Sequence record: SRR31156797_10293
Length of the DNA: 45,217 nucleotides
Direction: 5' to 3' (one strand)
Shown here: piece after piece, positions 8,909 through 18,480 of the stretch
How the letters are laid out: every line of letters starts with the position of its first letter
Numbering within the stretch: the first letter of the stretch is position 1
The notes under the pieces: generated by a model
Database searches by the model: none
Told to the model about the DNA's origin: nothing
Seen by the model: only the letters and a program-made list of their open reading frames with translations
Position numbers and translations under genes: made by a program

Positions 8909-9417
8909 ATGATCGACCACAAGAATCCGCTGACGATAAGTCCATAGATAACAAAGTTGTTCCTGCAATGCGTGAGGCAATCACCATGACCCAGATGGTG
9001 CTGTTTAAGCTAATCCAGGAAGATATCGGTTCCCGAGCGCAGGGCCTGGCAGAAAATGATCAGCGCCGGTTGGCAGGGGCAGTGGTGAATAATTTATTTG
9101 GAACAGAGCCTGCTGACGATGGAGTAACGACCTTTGCAAGTGAAAATAGAGAGCTGGTGGAAGAAGAGCTTCGCAACATAAGCGGGCGTTTTCCCAAACT
9201 ATGTCCCTTTCTAACCGATGCACTGCGTATGAAGGCTATATGTGACAACCAGGAAGGGATTCATTCGATTCCATCTTTGTTAATGGCCAAAGCACTCGGT
9301 ATACTCCAGGAAGAGCGAGCCTTACCCATGCCCTCTACTTTTATGCTCTCTGTAAGGACACTGGCGTCTCAGCATGGACTTGTTAAGCCCTTCCAGGCCG
9401 CTCCTCCTCCAGAGTAA
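8905..9417 (+). CDS. Hypothetical protein
   Basis: 170 aa; ATGA overlap with the upstream gene indicates translational coupling; LAGAVVNNLFG and LTDALR segments; no function recognised. Confidence 0.75.
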   Translation: MNDRPQESADDKSIDNKVVPAMREAITMTQMVLFKLIQEDIGSRAQGLAENDQRRLAGAVVNNLFGTEPADDGVTTFASENRELVEEELRNISGRFPKLCPFLTDALRMKAICDNQEGIHSIPSLLMAKALGILQEERALPMPSTFMLSVRTLASQHGLVKPFQAAPPPE

Positions 9418-9703
9418 CTAAGGTAGCCCCCCAAGATCCAGCGGTCTCGTCAGCAAGGGCAAACTTTTTTACACAGGGGAGTCGCTCAAGAATGGCATGG
9501 ACACTGCGTCGCAACGACCCTGTCCCCTTGCCATGGATGATACGGACAGAATAAATATCCTGAGCTAAACATTCTTTCAGATAATCAGGAATAAGAAACT
9601 TGATATCCTTGGGCCGAAAAGTATGTAGGTCCAAGGTCCCGTCTATGGGGATTGCAATAGGCTGATCAGCCTCGTTATCGGGAAAAAGGTCATCTGTTGT
9701 CAC
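9383..9703 (-). CDS. Stand-alone Smr (MutS2 C-terminal) domain protein
   Basis: LDLHTF...VRIIHGKGTGSLR...WGATLV; probable GTG start at 9703 overlapping the lpxB end (the ORF is open to 9721). Confidence 0.9.
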   Translation of the reverse strand: MTTDDLFPDNEADQPIAIPIDGTLDLHTFRPKDIKFLIPDYLKECLAQDIYSVRIIHGKGTGSLRRSVHAILERLPCVKKFALADETAGSWGATLVTLEEERPGRA

Positions 9704-10874
9704 GAATAATATCCAAGGCAATCGATGCTGCTTTTGTAGATGCCCCAGGCCCGCCTAACAATGACCTGAGTGCTTTTAATTCATGTAGAACCTTCTGGTT
9801 ATCTACCTGGTTTGTCACCAGCGTGTCCAGTTCAGCGGCAAGTCGTTCTGGTGTAACTTCATCCTGCAGCAGCTCTGGAATAATTTTCTTATCACCGATC
9901 AGGTTAACCAAGGAGAAAAACCGTATATTGCGGATAAGGAGTTTCCCCAAAAAGTAGGTTTTAGGGGCAACTTTGTAGGCAACAACGGCTGGCGTTCCAA
10001 GTATAGCAAGCTCTAGCGTTACGGTACCTGATGCTGTAAGAGCAGCATCACAGGCTTGCATCAAATCGTATCTGTCCTCGGATATAACCCTTACGTCAAG
10101 ATGCTGGCCCAATTGGCTGAGACCGTTATCATCCAAAAGTGAACGGGAAATGGTAGAAGCCTTGGGTAACAAAAAGGTGCAGGGCAGACGGCTTTGCTCT
10201 TGAAATAACATGGCAGCCTTTAAAAAGTCTGTAAGTAGGAACTTAACTTCTTTACTACGGCTTCCTGGAATTATCCCTATGAGTCTGTTTTCTACTGGAA
10301 TTTTATTTTTTTGGATAAAATCGGCTTTAGACATGGTCGCATTAACCGTGTCCAAGAGAGGGTGACCAACAAAGTCCACCTCATAGCCATGGTTTTTATA
10401 AAACTGCTGCTCAAAGGGGAGAATAGTAGCAACTCGACGGGAAAGACTGGCAATCTTTTTAACACGACCGGATCGCCAGGCCCAAACCTGCGGACTTATA
10501 TAGTAAAAGACAGGAATGTTTAATTTTTTTGCCTGAGCCGCCAACAGCATATTAAAATCGGGAAAATCGATAAGAATAAGCAACGCAGGTTTCTTGTGTC
10601 GCATCTCCTCAATTAAGGTACGACGAGCATTGAAAATATCTTTGAGATGACTGAAAACCTCGACAACTCCAACGACAGCAATCTTAGCTGCATCAAACAG
10701 GATATCAACCCCTGCTGCAGCCAGCTCTTTTCCTCCCATACCACTGAAGGTAATATCAGGGCGCATTACTTGGAGAGCTTTAACCAGGTTTGCACCATGC
10801 ATGTCACCGGATGCTTCTCCGGCAACTATCATGACATGTTTTGCCGGAGAAGAGCTTGTAAGGGACATAGGCAC
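9690..10874 (-). CDS. lpxB: Lipid-A-disaccharide synthase
   Basis: IVAGEASGDMHG, IDFPDFN, YYISPQVWAWR, FVGHPL, PGSR, SGTVTLE, PELLQ. The start may be ATG 10868. Confidence 0.96.
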   Translation of the reverse strand: MPMSLTSSSPAKHVMIVAGEASGDMHGANLVKALQVMRPDITFSGMGGKELAAAGVDILFDAAKIAVVGVVEVFSHLKDIFNARRTLIEEMRHKKPALLILIDFPDFNMLLAAQAKKLNIPVFYYISPQVWAWRSGRVKKIASLSRRVATILPFEQQFYKNHGYEVDFVGHPLLDTVNATMSKADFIQKNKIPVENRLIGIIPGSRSKEVKFLLTDFLKAAMLFQEQSRLPCTFLLPKASTISRSLLDDNGLSQLGQHLDVRVISEDRYDLMQACDAALTASGTVTLELAILGTPAVVAYKVAPKTYFLGKLLIRNIRFFSLVNLIGDKKIIPELLQDEVTPERLAAELDTLVTNQVDNQKVLHELKALRSLLGGPGASTKAASIALDIIRDNR

Positions 10875-10914
10875 GGGTGAGTGGATAAATTTAAAGGGAA
10901 GCTAATAGATTCGA

Positions 10915-11898
10915 TTAAAGGGGTAAGTTGCTCTCCTGATCGAGCAAATGCTGCACCTGTTCGCGGTTGACAGAAATTTGTTCAACCACCTGTAGAGCAA
11001 TATCCAGCGCTCTGCGTCCTTCTATTCCTGAAACCATTGGTTTGCTTCGTTGCCTTACATTTTTTACAAAATCAGTCAGCTCAAGTTCCAAGGCATCCTG
11101 TTCGCTGAATCCGAATTTTTTGATGTCAGGTGATGGAAAGGGAGCAGTCTGTTCTTTTTTGAGTTGAATGGACATTACTTCCTTTTTACCAAAATCGACT
11201 GATAAATATCGGCCTGGTTGAAATATACGCATACGACGCATATTATCCATGGAGATACGGCTCACAGTCACATTGGCAGTACAACCATTTTCAAAGATAA
11301 GACGCGCATTGGCGATATCTGTCAACTGTGTCATGACAGGGGAGCCAACTGTATGTATGGTTTTAAGTGGTGAATTAACGATAGAAAGAATAATATCAAT
11401 ATCATGGATCATGAGGTCGAGAACAACGTCTACATCTGTCCCCCTGTCCTTAAACACAGATATGCGATGAGCCTCAATAAACAGTGGATGATTAAGTAGC
11501 GGCTGCATAGCAATAACAGCAGGATTGAATCGTTCCAAATGGCCGACTTGCAATACAGCTTCTTTTTCTTTAGCTAACTCAATCAGTTCATCTGCTTGTT
11601 CAAGCGTGGTGGTAAAAGGTTTCTCAACCATTACATCCACAGCTTGATTAAGACAGTCCTTGGTGACTTGATGATGGAGGCTGGTGGGTACAACTACCGA
11701 AACGGCGTCAACTAGGGGTAAGAGCTGTTGGTAATTAGAAAATGGCTGGCAGTCACATTCCATGCCTACTTTATGAGCTTGTTGGCTGTCCGTATCAGCA
11801 ACACCGACAAGTTCAACATTTTCCATTGCCGCGTATTTTTGGGCATGGAAACGACCAAGGTAACCAACACCTAATACGCCTACTTTAATTGTTTTCAC
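10915..11898 (-). CDS. Gfo/Idh/MocA oxidoreductase, GnnA-like (UDP-GlcNAc 3-dehydrogenase candidate)
   Basis: GVGYLG Rossmann motif, VEKP, QVGHLERFNPA, DVVLDLMIHDID; lies immediately upstream of lpxB. Confidence 0.85.
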   Translation of the reverse strand: MKTIKVGVLGVGYLGRFHAQKYAAMENVELVGVADTDSQQAHKVGMECDCQPFSNYQQLLPLVDAVSVVVPTSLHHQVTKDCLNQAVDVMVEKPFTTTLEQADELIELAKEKEAVLQVGHLERFNPAVIAMQPLLNHPLFIEAHRISVFKDRGTDVDVVLDLMIHDIDIILSIVNSPLKTIHTVGSPVMTQLTDIANARLIFENGCTANVTVSRISMDNMRRMRIFQPGRYLSVDFGKKEVMSIQLKKEQTAPFPSPDIKKFGFSEQDALELELTDFVKNVRQRSKPMVSGIEGRRALDIALQVVEQISVNREQVQHLLDQESNLPL

Positions 11899-11947
11899 TG
11901 TTATATAATTCTATAAATGGATTTAAAAAGAACGGTTGTGATAAATA

Positions 11948-12655
11948 TCAAATACCGAGGTAGGCCTTTTGCACATCTTTATTTACCAGGAGTTTGTCAG
12001 CCTGATCGTGCATAATAATTTTGCCATTTTCCAGTACATATCCCCTGTCTGCGATTTTAAGCGCAAGGTTGGCATTCTGTTCAACTAGAAAGATGGTAGT
12101 GTTTTGTTCTTTGTTTATTTTTGCTATAATTTCAAAAATCTGCTTAATGATCAACGGTGCAAGTCCCATGGAAGGTTCATCCAGCAGTAAGAGTTGAGGG
12201 TGCGCCATCAATGCCCTTGACATAGCTAACATCTGCTGTTCTCCTCCGGAAAGATTACCTCCCGGCTGGTTACGACGTTTTTTTAAGATAGGGAAAAGGT
12301 CGTAAAGATAATCTCGATCATCTTCAATTCCTTTTTTATCCTTTCGTAAAAAAGCTCCCATGTCAAGATTCTCAGCAACCGTTAGCTCAGGAAAAATATG
12401 TCGTCCTTCAGGGACCTGACAAATACCTAGGGTCACAATTTTGTCTGCTGACAATTCGTGAATAGGTTGACCTTTAAAAAGAATTTCACCATGACGAGGG
12501 GGTGTGATACCGCTTATGGACATCAAGGTGGTGGACTTGCCTGCCCCATTTGCGCCAATCAGCGTTATTATCTCACCCTCTTCAATCTTCAGATCAATCT
12601 CATGCAGGGCCTGGATATTTCCGTAAAAGGTATCAATTTGACGGAGTTCAAGCAT
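11948..12655 (-). CDS. livF: Branched-chain amino acid ABC transporter ATP-binding subunit
   Basis: GANGAGKST, VPEGRHIF, LSGGEQQM, LLLDEPSMGLAP, VEQN. Confidence 0.95.
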   Translation of the reverse strand: MLELRQIDTFYGNIQALHEIDLKIEEGEIITLIGANGAGKSTTLMSISGITPPRHGEILFKGQPIHELSADKIVTLGICQVPEGRHIFPELTVAENLDMGAFLRKDKKGIEDDRDYLYDLFPILKKRRNQPGGNLSGGEQQMLAMSRALMAHPQLLLLDEPSMGLAPLIIKQIFEIIAKINKEQNTTIFLVEQNANLALKIADRGYVLENGKIIMHDQADKLLVNKDVQKAYLGI

Positions 12656-13435
12656 TTAAATGTCCTCTCCAAGATAAGCTTTAATAACCTCAGGGTTCTT
12701 AGCGATTTCCTCAGGACTGCCCTCTGCTATTTTTTTACCATAATCGACCACAAATATGTGGTCTGATATGTTCATGACTAGTTTCATGTCATGTTCAATG
12801 AGTAAAATGGCAAGCCCTTCATCTCGAATTCTTGTTATTAATTCATCTAGCTCCTGGGTCTCTTGGGGATTCATGCCTGCAGCAGGTTCGTCGAGCAGAA
12901 GTACAATCGGTTCTGTGGCAAGGGCCCTTGCGATTTCAAGTCGCCGCTGAGCACCGTATGGAAGATTTTTTGCATATTCATCCGCCATTTTGTCAAGATT
13001 GATTTTTTTTAGAATCTCCAAGCTCTGCTCTACGATCTCTTTTTCTTCTCTCTTGGTACGTGGATCTCTGAAAATAGCACCAAAAATTTTGGATTTGGTC
13101 CTGCAATGACGCCCAATCATAACATTTTCGAGCACGGTCATGTTAGGAAACAAGCGAATATTTTGAAATGTTCTGGCCAGCCCCTGTTCTGTGACTTTGT
13201 TGGGCTTGAGCCCATTGAGTTTCTTTGCTTTCTTCCCTGGGGGGGATAATAAGAGATCCCCTTTGGTTGGCTTATATATGCCGGTGATACAGTTAAAAAA
13301 GGTGGTCTTACCTGCACCGTTTGGACCAATAAGGGCTACGATTTCACCTGGCTTTATCTGCAAGCTCAAATGATCAAGTGCACGAATCCCACCAAAATCC
13401 ATAGTGAGGTTTTTTACATCGAGAATAGGTTCCAT
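12656..13435 (-). CDS. livG: Branched-chain amino acid ABC transporter ATP-binding subunit
   Basis: GPNGAGKTT, ARTFQNIRLF, LPYGAQRRLEIARAL, LDEPAAGMN, IEHDM. Confidence 0.95.
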   Translation of the reverse strand: MEPILDVKNLTMDFGGIRALDHLSLQIKPGEIVALIGPNGAGKTTFFNCITGIYKPTKGDLLLSPPGKKAKKLNGLKPNKVTEQGLARTFQNIRLFPNMTVLENVMIGRHCRTKSKIFGAIFRDPRTKREEKEIVEQSLEILKKINLDKMADEYAKNLPYGAQRRLEIARALATEPIVLLLDEPAAGMNPQETQELDELITRIRDEGLAILLIEHDMKLVMNISDHIFVVDYGKKIAEGSPEEIAKNPEVIKAYLGEDI

Positions 13436-13456
13436 ACTTGAATTCGAACAGGTTGG

Positions 13457-14662
13457 TTAATCTTTAAGAGAGTAGGTGCGTCGAACAGCGGAAATAATAC
13501 CCTGGGGCCTGAAAATCATCATAATGACTAAAATTGCCCCAAACACAAGCATGCGATAATCTGAAAATGCACGCAAATATTCGGGGAGAAGGATCAATAC
13601 CAGCGCGCCGACAATGACGCCGGGGATGGATCCCATGCCTCCCAACACAACAATGCAGAGAATGATTGCCGACTCGAGAAAGGTAAAGGAGGCGGGATTA
13701 ACAAATGTGGTTTTAGCAGCAAACATGACACCAGCCATCCCTGCCCAAGTTGCTCCAAGAGCAAAGGCAGTGAGTTTGGTTTTCATCTTGTCTATCCCCA
13801 TGGCCTGACAAGCAATCTCGTCTTCGCGGAGTGCAAACCAGGCTCGGCCAATTCTGGAATCCTGCAGCCTGTTAACGACAAAGATGGTGAAAATTACCAT
13901 AAGAATAGTCAAATAATACATGTAATTGATCGACATCTCTAAGGAAAGGTCAAGTCCAAATAGACCGGGACGTGCAATGTTAGAAATCCCGCTAGGGCCT
14001 TGAGAAAATTCTCCCCAGTTTTCGAGAACCAGTCTAATAATTTCCCCGAAACCAAGGGTAACAATCGCAAGGTAATCGCCACGTAAGCGCAGTACAGGAA
14101 AACCAAGCAACAGTCCGAACAATGCTCCGAGAAGTCCACCAATGGGAAGAACAGTCCAGAAACCCAGCCCAAAATGCATATTTAAAAGGGCATAAGAATA
14201 AGCACCAACAGCATAAAAGGCAACATATCCGAGATCAAGCAATCCCGCGACACCGACCACAATATTAAGCCCCAAACCAAGTACAACATACATGAGGGCG
14301 GTAATCATGATATTGACCTGATAGGTGGAAAACAGCGCTGGGAAGACTAATGAAAACAGGCCCCCTGCAATAGCTAGCGGTATGTAGAATTTTGGCTCGG
14401 CAAAAAGCTTGGTACTCCAACCCACCTTGTCCTCTACAATGCCGGCTTTAATTTTTTGCTGTACTACTCTTTTTCTGGCAAGATAAAGGCGCGAGAGTAC
14501 ATAGAACACAAAAGTACCGCAGGCGACATACAGCATATTCTGCCACCGCCAGACAACACTTTTTTCAATGGGGTTGATTTTGATCACCAGCAAAGGAAAG
14601 GTAAGAAAGACAAACCAGAGGGTGACCATTAATCCATTTTTAAAATCCTTAAAAGAGAGCAT
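13457..14662 (-). CDS. livM: Branched-chain amino acid ABC transporter permease
   Basis: GLNIVVGVAGLLDLGYVAFYAVGAY, LRLRGDYLAIVTLGFGEI, ALREDEIA. Confidence 0.95.
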   Translation of the reverse strand: MLSFKDFKNGLMVTLWFVFLTFPLLVIKINPIEKSVVWRWQNMLYVACGTFVFYVLSRLYLARKRVVQQKIKAGIVEDKVGWSTKLFAEPKFYIPLAIAGGLFSLVFPALFSTYQVNIMITALMYVVLGLGLNIVVGVAGLLDLGYVAFYAVGAYSYALLNMHFGLGFWTVLPIGGLLGALFGLLLGFPVLRLRGDYLAIVTLGFGEIIRLVLENWGEFSQGPSGISNIARPGLFGLDLSLEMSINYMYYLTILMVIFTIFVVNRLQDSRIGRAWFALREDEIACQAMGIDKMKTKLTAFALGATWAGMAGVMFAAKTTFVNPASFTFLESAIILCIVVLGGMGSIPGVIVGALVLILLPEYLRAFSDYRMLVFGAILVIMMIFRPQGIISAVRRTYSLKD

Positions 14663-14704
14663 GGGCCTGAAATTGATAGGGATTTATTGATGTAAGAAAG
14701 ACAA

Positions 14705-15607
14705 TTAAACCTTTTCTACGGTTGCCTTGCCGAGAAGACCGGCTGGTTTGAAAATCAGAATTAATACGAGCAGGCTGAAAGCAAACACGTCTTCATAATC
14801 ACTGGAGACATAGCCAGTAGCAAAGGCCTCAGTGAGTCCGAGAATAAAACTTCCCAGAACTGCTCCGGGTATTGATCCGATTCCGCCTAATACTGCTGCG
14901 GTAAAGGCTTTGATACCAGCTATAAAGCCAATGTAAAAATTTATCTGGCCAATATGAGATGCAATAAGGAGTCCGCCAATGGCGGCCAACGCGGAACCAG
15001 TAATGAAGGTCATGGAGATAACGTTATCAACATTGATACCGACCAGCATTGCCATTTTTCTATCTTGAGCCGTAGCCCTCATGGCTTTACCTGTGCGGGT
15101 AAATTTAATCATGAAGGTGAGTAGAATCATGACGATTGCGGATACAACAAGAATTGCAAGGTCAGAGGAGCCTACTATATGGGCATATGGTTCCATGAAA
15201 TTAAATTCAGGAATTAACGCAGGGAAGGGTTGGAAATCCGAGGTCTGGGCAAGCAAGACGTAATTTTGAAGAAAAATTGACATGCCTATAGCAGATATCA
15301 ACGGAGAAAGACGAGGTGCACTTCGCAATGGCCTGTATGCAAGACGTTCGATGGTATACCCGTATGATGCAGCCCAGATAACAGCCGCCAAAGCTGTAAG
15401 GACGATCACTGCCAGAAGGGGAAAACCATAGATTGTCAGTACGGTGGAAACAATAAGGGCTGTAAATGCTCCTATCATGTAAATTTCACCATGGGCAAAA
15501 TTTATGAGCCCGATGATACCGTAAACCATTGTATAACCTAGGGCAATTAAGGCATATATAGAGCCCCGTGTCAGACCACTGAAAAAGAGTTCAATAAAAT
15601 AATCCAT
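14705..15607 (-). CDS. livH: Branched-chain amino acid ABC transporter permease
   Basis: YALIALGYTMVYGIIGLINFAHGEIYM, GKAMRATAQD, KAFTAAVLGGIGSIPGA. Confidence 0.95.
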   Translation of the reverse strand: MDYFIELFFSGLTRGSIYALIALGYTMVYGIIGLINFAHGEIYMIGAFTALIVSTVLTIYGFPLLAVIVLTALAAVIWAASYGYTIERLAYRPLRSAPRLSPLISAIGMSIFLQNYVLLAQTSDFQPFPALIPEFNFMEPYAHIVGSSDLAILVVSAIVMILLTFMIKFTRTGKAMRATAQDRKMAMLVGINVDNVISMTFITGSALAAIGGLLIASHIGQINFYIGFIAGIKAFTAAVLGGIGSIPGAVLGSFILGLTEAFATGYVSSDYEDVFAFSLLVLILIFKPAGLLGKATVEKV

Positions 15608-15679
15608 AAGAGAATTCGCAGTAGTAAATGCGGTGTCTGGCTGGGTTGTGTAGTAATTATTGGAGAAACCTTAACGCAC

Positions 15680-15713
15680 AATGCCTGGAACTGTTGAGCC
15701 AGTCCCAGGCATT
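15680..15713 (-). other. Intercistronic stem-loop between the binding-protein gene and livH
   Basis: Minus-strand AAUGCCUGGGACUG / CAGUUCCAGGCAUU, a 14-bp stem with one G-U pair and a 6-nt loop. No downstream U-tract, so an mRNA-stabilising or partial-termination hairpin is more likely than a full terminator. Confidence 0.6.
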
Positions 15714-15735
15714 AAAAAAACAATGTCGGTGGAAT

Positions 15736-16857
15736 TTATTGCACTTGGACGAATTTACCGTCCTTAACTTCGTAAACAACAAATCCGATTCCGATTGGTT
15801 CTCCTGTCTTGTCAAACTTTACAGCACCAAAAGGCGTGTCAGCGGTTTCGGCGTGCAGGATTTTTGCAATAGCAGCAGAATCAGTACCTGCTTTTGCAAT
15901 TGCATTGGTAAGGGCAAGAGCTGCAGTGATGCCATTGTCAAAAAAAGCACCAGGCTCTGCACCTTCTGTAGCAATGAACTGGTCGCGGAATTTTTTGGTC
16001 AATGGATTTTTGGAAACATCAGCTGGGCCAGAGGCATAAACGCCTTCTGCATTTTTCCCCGTAACATTGATGAAAGTATCGTCTTTTACGCCGTCAGGTG
16101 CGAGAAATTTTGTTTTCATCCGTTTTTTGCGCATCTGGCTGACGATTTTGGATGCTTCAGGATGGTAACCGCCATAAATGACTGCTTCTGCCCCACTGCG
16201 GCGAATTTTTTGTACAACGGCTGAGTAATCAACAGCGCCAGGTGTCACACCTTCAAACAAGACGACTTCAGCTTTACCGTCTGCTTCAATAAAAGTCTTT
16301 ACGAATTCGGCCAAACCTTTTCCGTAATCACCTTTGTCATGGATAACAGCAGTTTTCTTAACTTTCAAGACGTCAGTTGCGAAATCTACCAATGTCCTCG
16401 CCTGGGCATCGTCAGAAGCGATGGTGCGGTAGAAGTTAGGATAGTCACCACTCTGAGTGAGATCCGGATTGGTAGCAGAAGGGGACATTACAATGATGTT
16501 GGCATCACGGTATATCGGCAAAGCAGCCTTGGTAGCTCCTGAACAGATGTGGCCAATAACCACGTGTACATTTTCTGAAACCAGCTTGGTTGCGGTATTG
16601 GTAGCTACTTCTGGTTTACAAACGTCGTCTTCTGCAAAAATTTCAACTTTTGCGCCATTGATACCGCCTTGCTCATTGATATCTTGAGCAACAAGCATTG
16701 CCGCCTTCATAGTCGGAATTCCGTAGGATGCCAAGTCGCCACTGTGGGCACCAGCAACACCAATTTTAATAGTGTCTGCTGCAGCTGCATTTGAAGCAAG
16801 ACCTGTTGCCAGGGCAAATGCTGCAAGAATGGATAGCATTCGTTTTGAAAAAATCAC
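15736..16857 (-). CDS. livK: Branched-chain amino acid ABC transporter substrate-binding protein (LivJ/K family)
   Basis: Signal peptide ending ...SNAAAA, IKIGVAG, EDDVCKP, GHICSGAT, HDKGDYGKGLA; GTG 16857 preceded by an AAGGAGG SD. Confidence 0.92.
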   Translation of the reverse strand: MIFSKRMLSILAAFALATGLASNAAAADTIKIGVAGAHSGDLASYGIPTMKAAMLVAQDINEQGGINGAKVEIFAEDDVCKPEVATNTATKLVSENVHVVIGHICSGATKAALPIYRDANIIVMSPSATNPDLTQSGDYPNFYRTIASDDAQARTLVDFATDVLKVKKTAVIHDKGDYGKGLAEFVKTFIEADGKAEVVLFEGVTPGAVDYSAVVQKIRRSGAEAVIYGGYHPEASKIVSQMRKKRMKTKFLAPDGVKDDTFINVTGKNAEGVYASGPADVSKNPLTKKFRDQFIATEGAEPGAFFDNGITAALALTNAIAKAGTDSAAIAKILHAETADTPFGAVKFDKTGEPIGIGFVVYEVKDGKFVQVQ

Positions 16858-17160
16858 GCGACGTCCCTCCTTATTGTATTTTAAAAAAAAAGCACTATTG
16901 TCAATCAGGGACATTCATACCCCATTCAAAAAGAAAATTACACTAAAAATGATCGGTAAGAGTAAATGAAATTGCAAGGAGTAAGGACAACACAACGCAT
17001 ACATTGTGGGGGATAAAATCTATAAACACTTTTCTTGCTCTCTAAACTTAATGTTTTACCAGATGTATTATATACTCAAAAAGGGTATAGAGAGTTGTGT
17101 AATAAGTTTTTATTACTCCTTTTTTTTATCTTTAAAGTACTTTTTCAATTATCCTTTGCC

Positions 17161-18213
17161 ATGAATTCCAAACAACTCTGTTTCTTTCTGGGACGTCCGT
17201 TATCACCTTTGTACAGTATAGCCATGCACCTCAGAGCTTTATTTTACAAAAGAAACTATTTCAAAATTCATCGTCTTCCCGTACCGGTTATAAGTGTTGG
17301 CAATTTGACACTTGGCGGAACCGGTAAAACTCCTGTTGTTCAGTACCTTGCAAGACTGCTGCAGGAAAAAGGGTATAATCCTGCTATTATTTCAAGAGGA
17401 TATGGAGGGACGGCACGTGCAGCAGTTAATATCGTTTCAAACGGGTCGGAGCTCCTTCTCGATGCAGCTACCGCTGGAGACGAATCCTGTTTTTTAGCCG
17501 AAACCCTGCCAGGTGTACCTGTTCTTACTGGTGTTGTAAGAAGACTTCCGGCAGAACATGCTCTGGAGATGGGCGCAGATGTCCTCTTGCTTGATGATGG
17601 TTTTCAACATATGCAGCTTGCCAGAGACATAAATCTGGTACTATTTAAAACAGACATATTAGCAGGAAACTCTCGTGTTTTTCCAGCAGGAGATCTTCGC
17701 GAACCCGTCAAGGCACTCCAAAGGGCCAGTAAATTTATTTTGACAGGTGTGTATCCGGGAAACCGTGAACGTGCTGATCAATTTGCCTCGCTTCTTCACT
17801 CGAAATTTCCCGATATACAGACTGAATTTGCGATGTATGATATGAAACGAGTTGTTCAACTGGACAGTAACGACAATATTAGTCCCGCTGAACATGGTGC
17901 ATTGTATCAGAAGAAAGCCTACGGATTTTGCGGCATTGCTCATCCGCACGCCTTTGAAAAAACGTTAAAACAACAGAAGTTTGACATCGTTGGCTTCAGC
18001 GGCCTTGCTGACCATGTCAACTATACTGATCAGCGAATATCAACGATCCTCGCTAAAGCTGACAAAGTCGGAGCTGAAGCTCTTGTCACAACAGAGAAAG
18101 ATCTTGTAAAATTGAAGACGAAAGCATTGCCCTTGCCGCTCTATGCTTTGAGAATGGAAACACAATTTAATTCAGCCTTTGATCAATACATTTTAGAGAC
18201 AATGGAGAGGTAA
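17161..18213 (+). CDS. lpxK: Tetraacyldisaccharide 4'-kinase
   Basis: VISVGNLTLGGTGKTP, SRGYGG, GDE, LDDGFQH, GDLREP, TTEKD. ATG 17161 preferred over TTG 17035. Confidence 0.95.
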   Translation: MNSKQLCFFLGRPLSPLYSIAMHLRALFYKRNYFKIHRLPVPVISVGNLTLGGTGKTPVVQYLARLLQEKGYNPAIISRGYGGTARAAVNIVSNGSELLLDAATAGDESCFLAETLPGVPVLTGVVRRLPAEHALEMGADVLLLDDGFQHMQLARDINLVLFKTDILAGNSRVFPAGDLREPVKALQRASKFILTGVYPGNRERADQFASLLHSKFPDIQTEFAMYDMKRVVQLDSNDNISPAEHGALYQKKAYGFCGIAHPHAFEKTLKQQKFDIVGFSGLADHVNYTDQRISTILAKADKVGAEALVTTEKDLVKLKTKALPLPLYALRMETQFNSAFDQYILETMER

Positions 18214-18244
18214 CGTGTTGTTTTCGCTCCATCTCCATGTGATG

Positions 18245-18297
18245 TGTCGAAATTTCAACATTTCCAAATAATTTCCTGTTTTGTGTTTTATTTGACA
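18245..18297 (+). promoter_or_regulatory. Two TGT-N10-ACA putative enhancer (bEBP) sites upstream of lpxC
   Basis: TGTCGAAATTTCAACA (18245-18260, near-perfect palindrome) and TGTGTTTTATTTGACA (18282-18297), about 115-165 bp upstream of the -24 element. Confidence 0.5.
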
Positions 18298-18409
18298 CAG
18301 ATGTCCATATGTCCTGAATCTGGTATGCGATTCCCGTTGACGGGTTAAGGTGTTGAAATGCTGAGTTTTTCTTGTCGTCTGGCTTTAAAAAGATGGCGCT
18401 GATTTTTGA

Positions 18410-18425
18410 TGGCCTAGTTGTTGCA
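18410..18425 (+). promoter_or_regulatory. Sigma54 (-24/-12) promoter of lpxC
   Basis: TGGCCTAGTTGTTGCA matches TGGC-N7-TTGCA (GG-N10-GC), 55 nt upstream of the ATG. Confidence 0.7.
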
Positions 18426-18480
18426 TATGTTAATTTACTGCATACTGGTTGTACTCTTCTTAACATATATAGGACTAAAT

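Noticed and set aside
15628..16224. 198-aa plus-strand ORF
   Set aside because: Largely antisense to livK with atypical Cys/Phe-rich composition; a shadow ORF. The other short overlapping ORFs in the track were dismissed on the same grounds.
16873..16904. Sigma70 promoter for livK (TTGACA...TAAAAT/TACAAT)
   Set aside because: Spacers are 15 or 20 nt, outside the usual 16-18; plausible but not supportable as a call.
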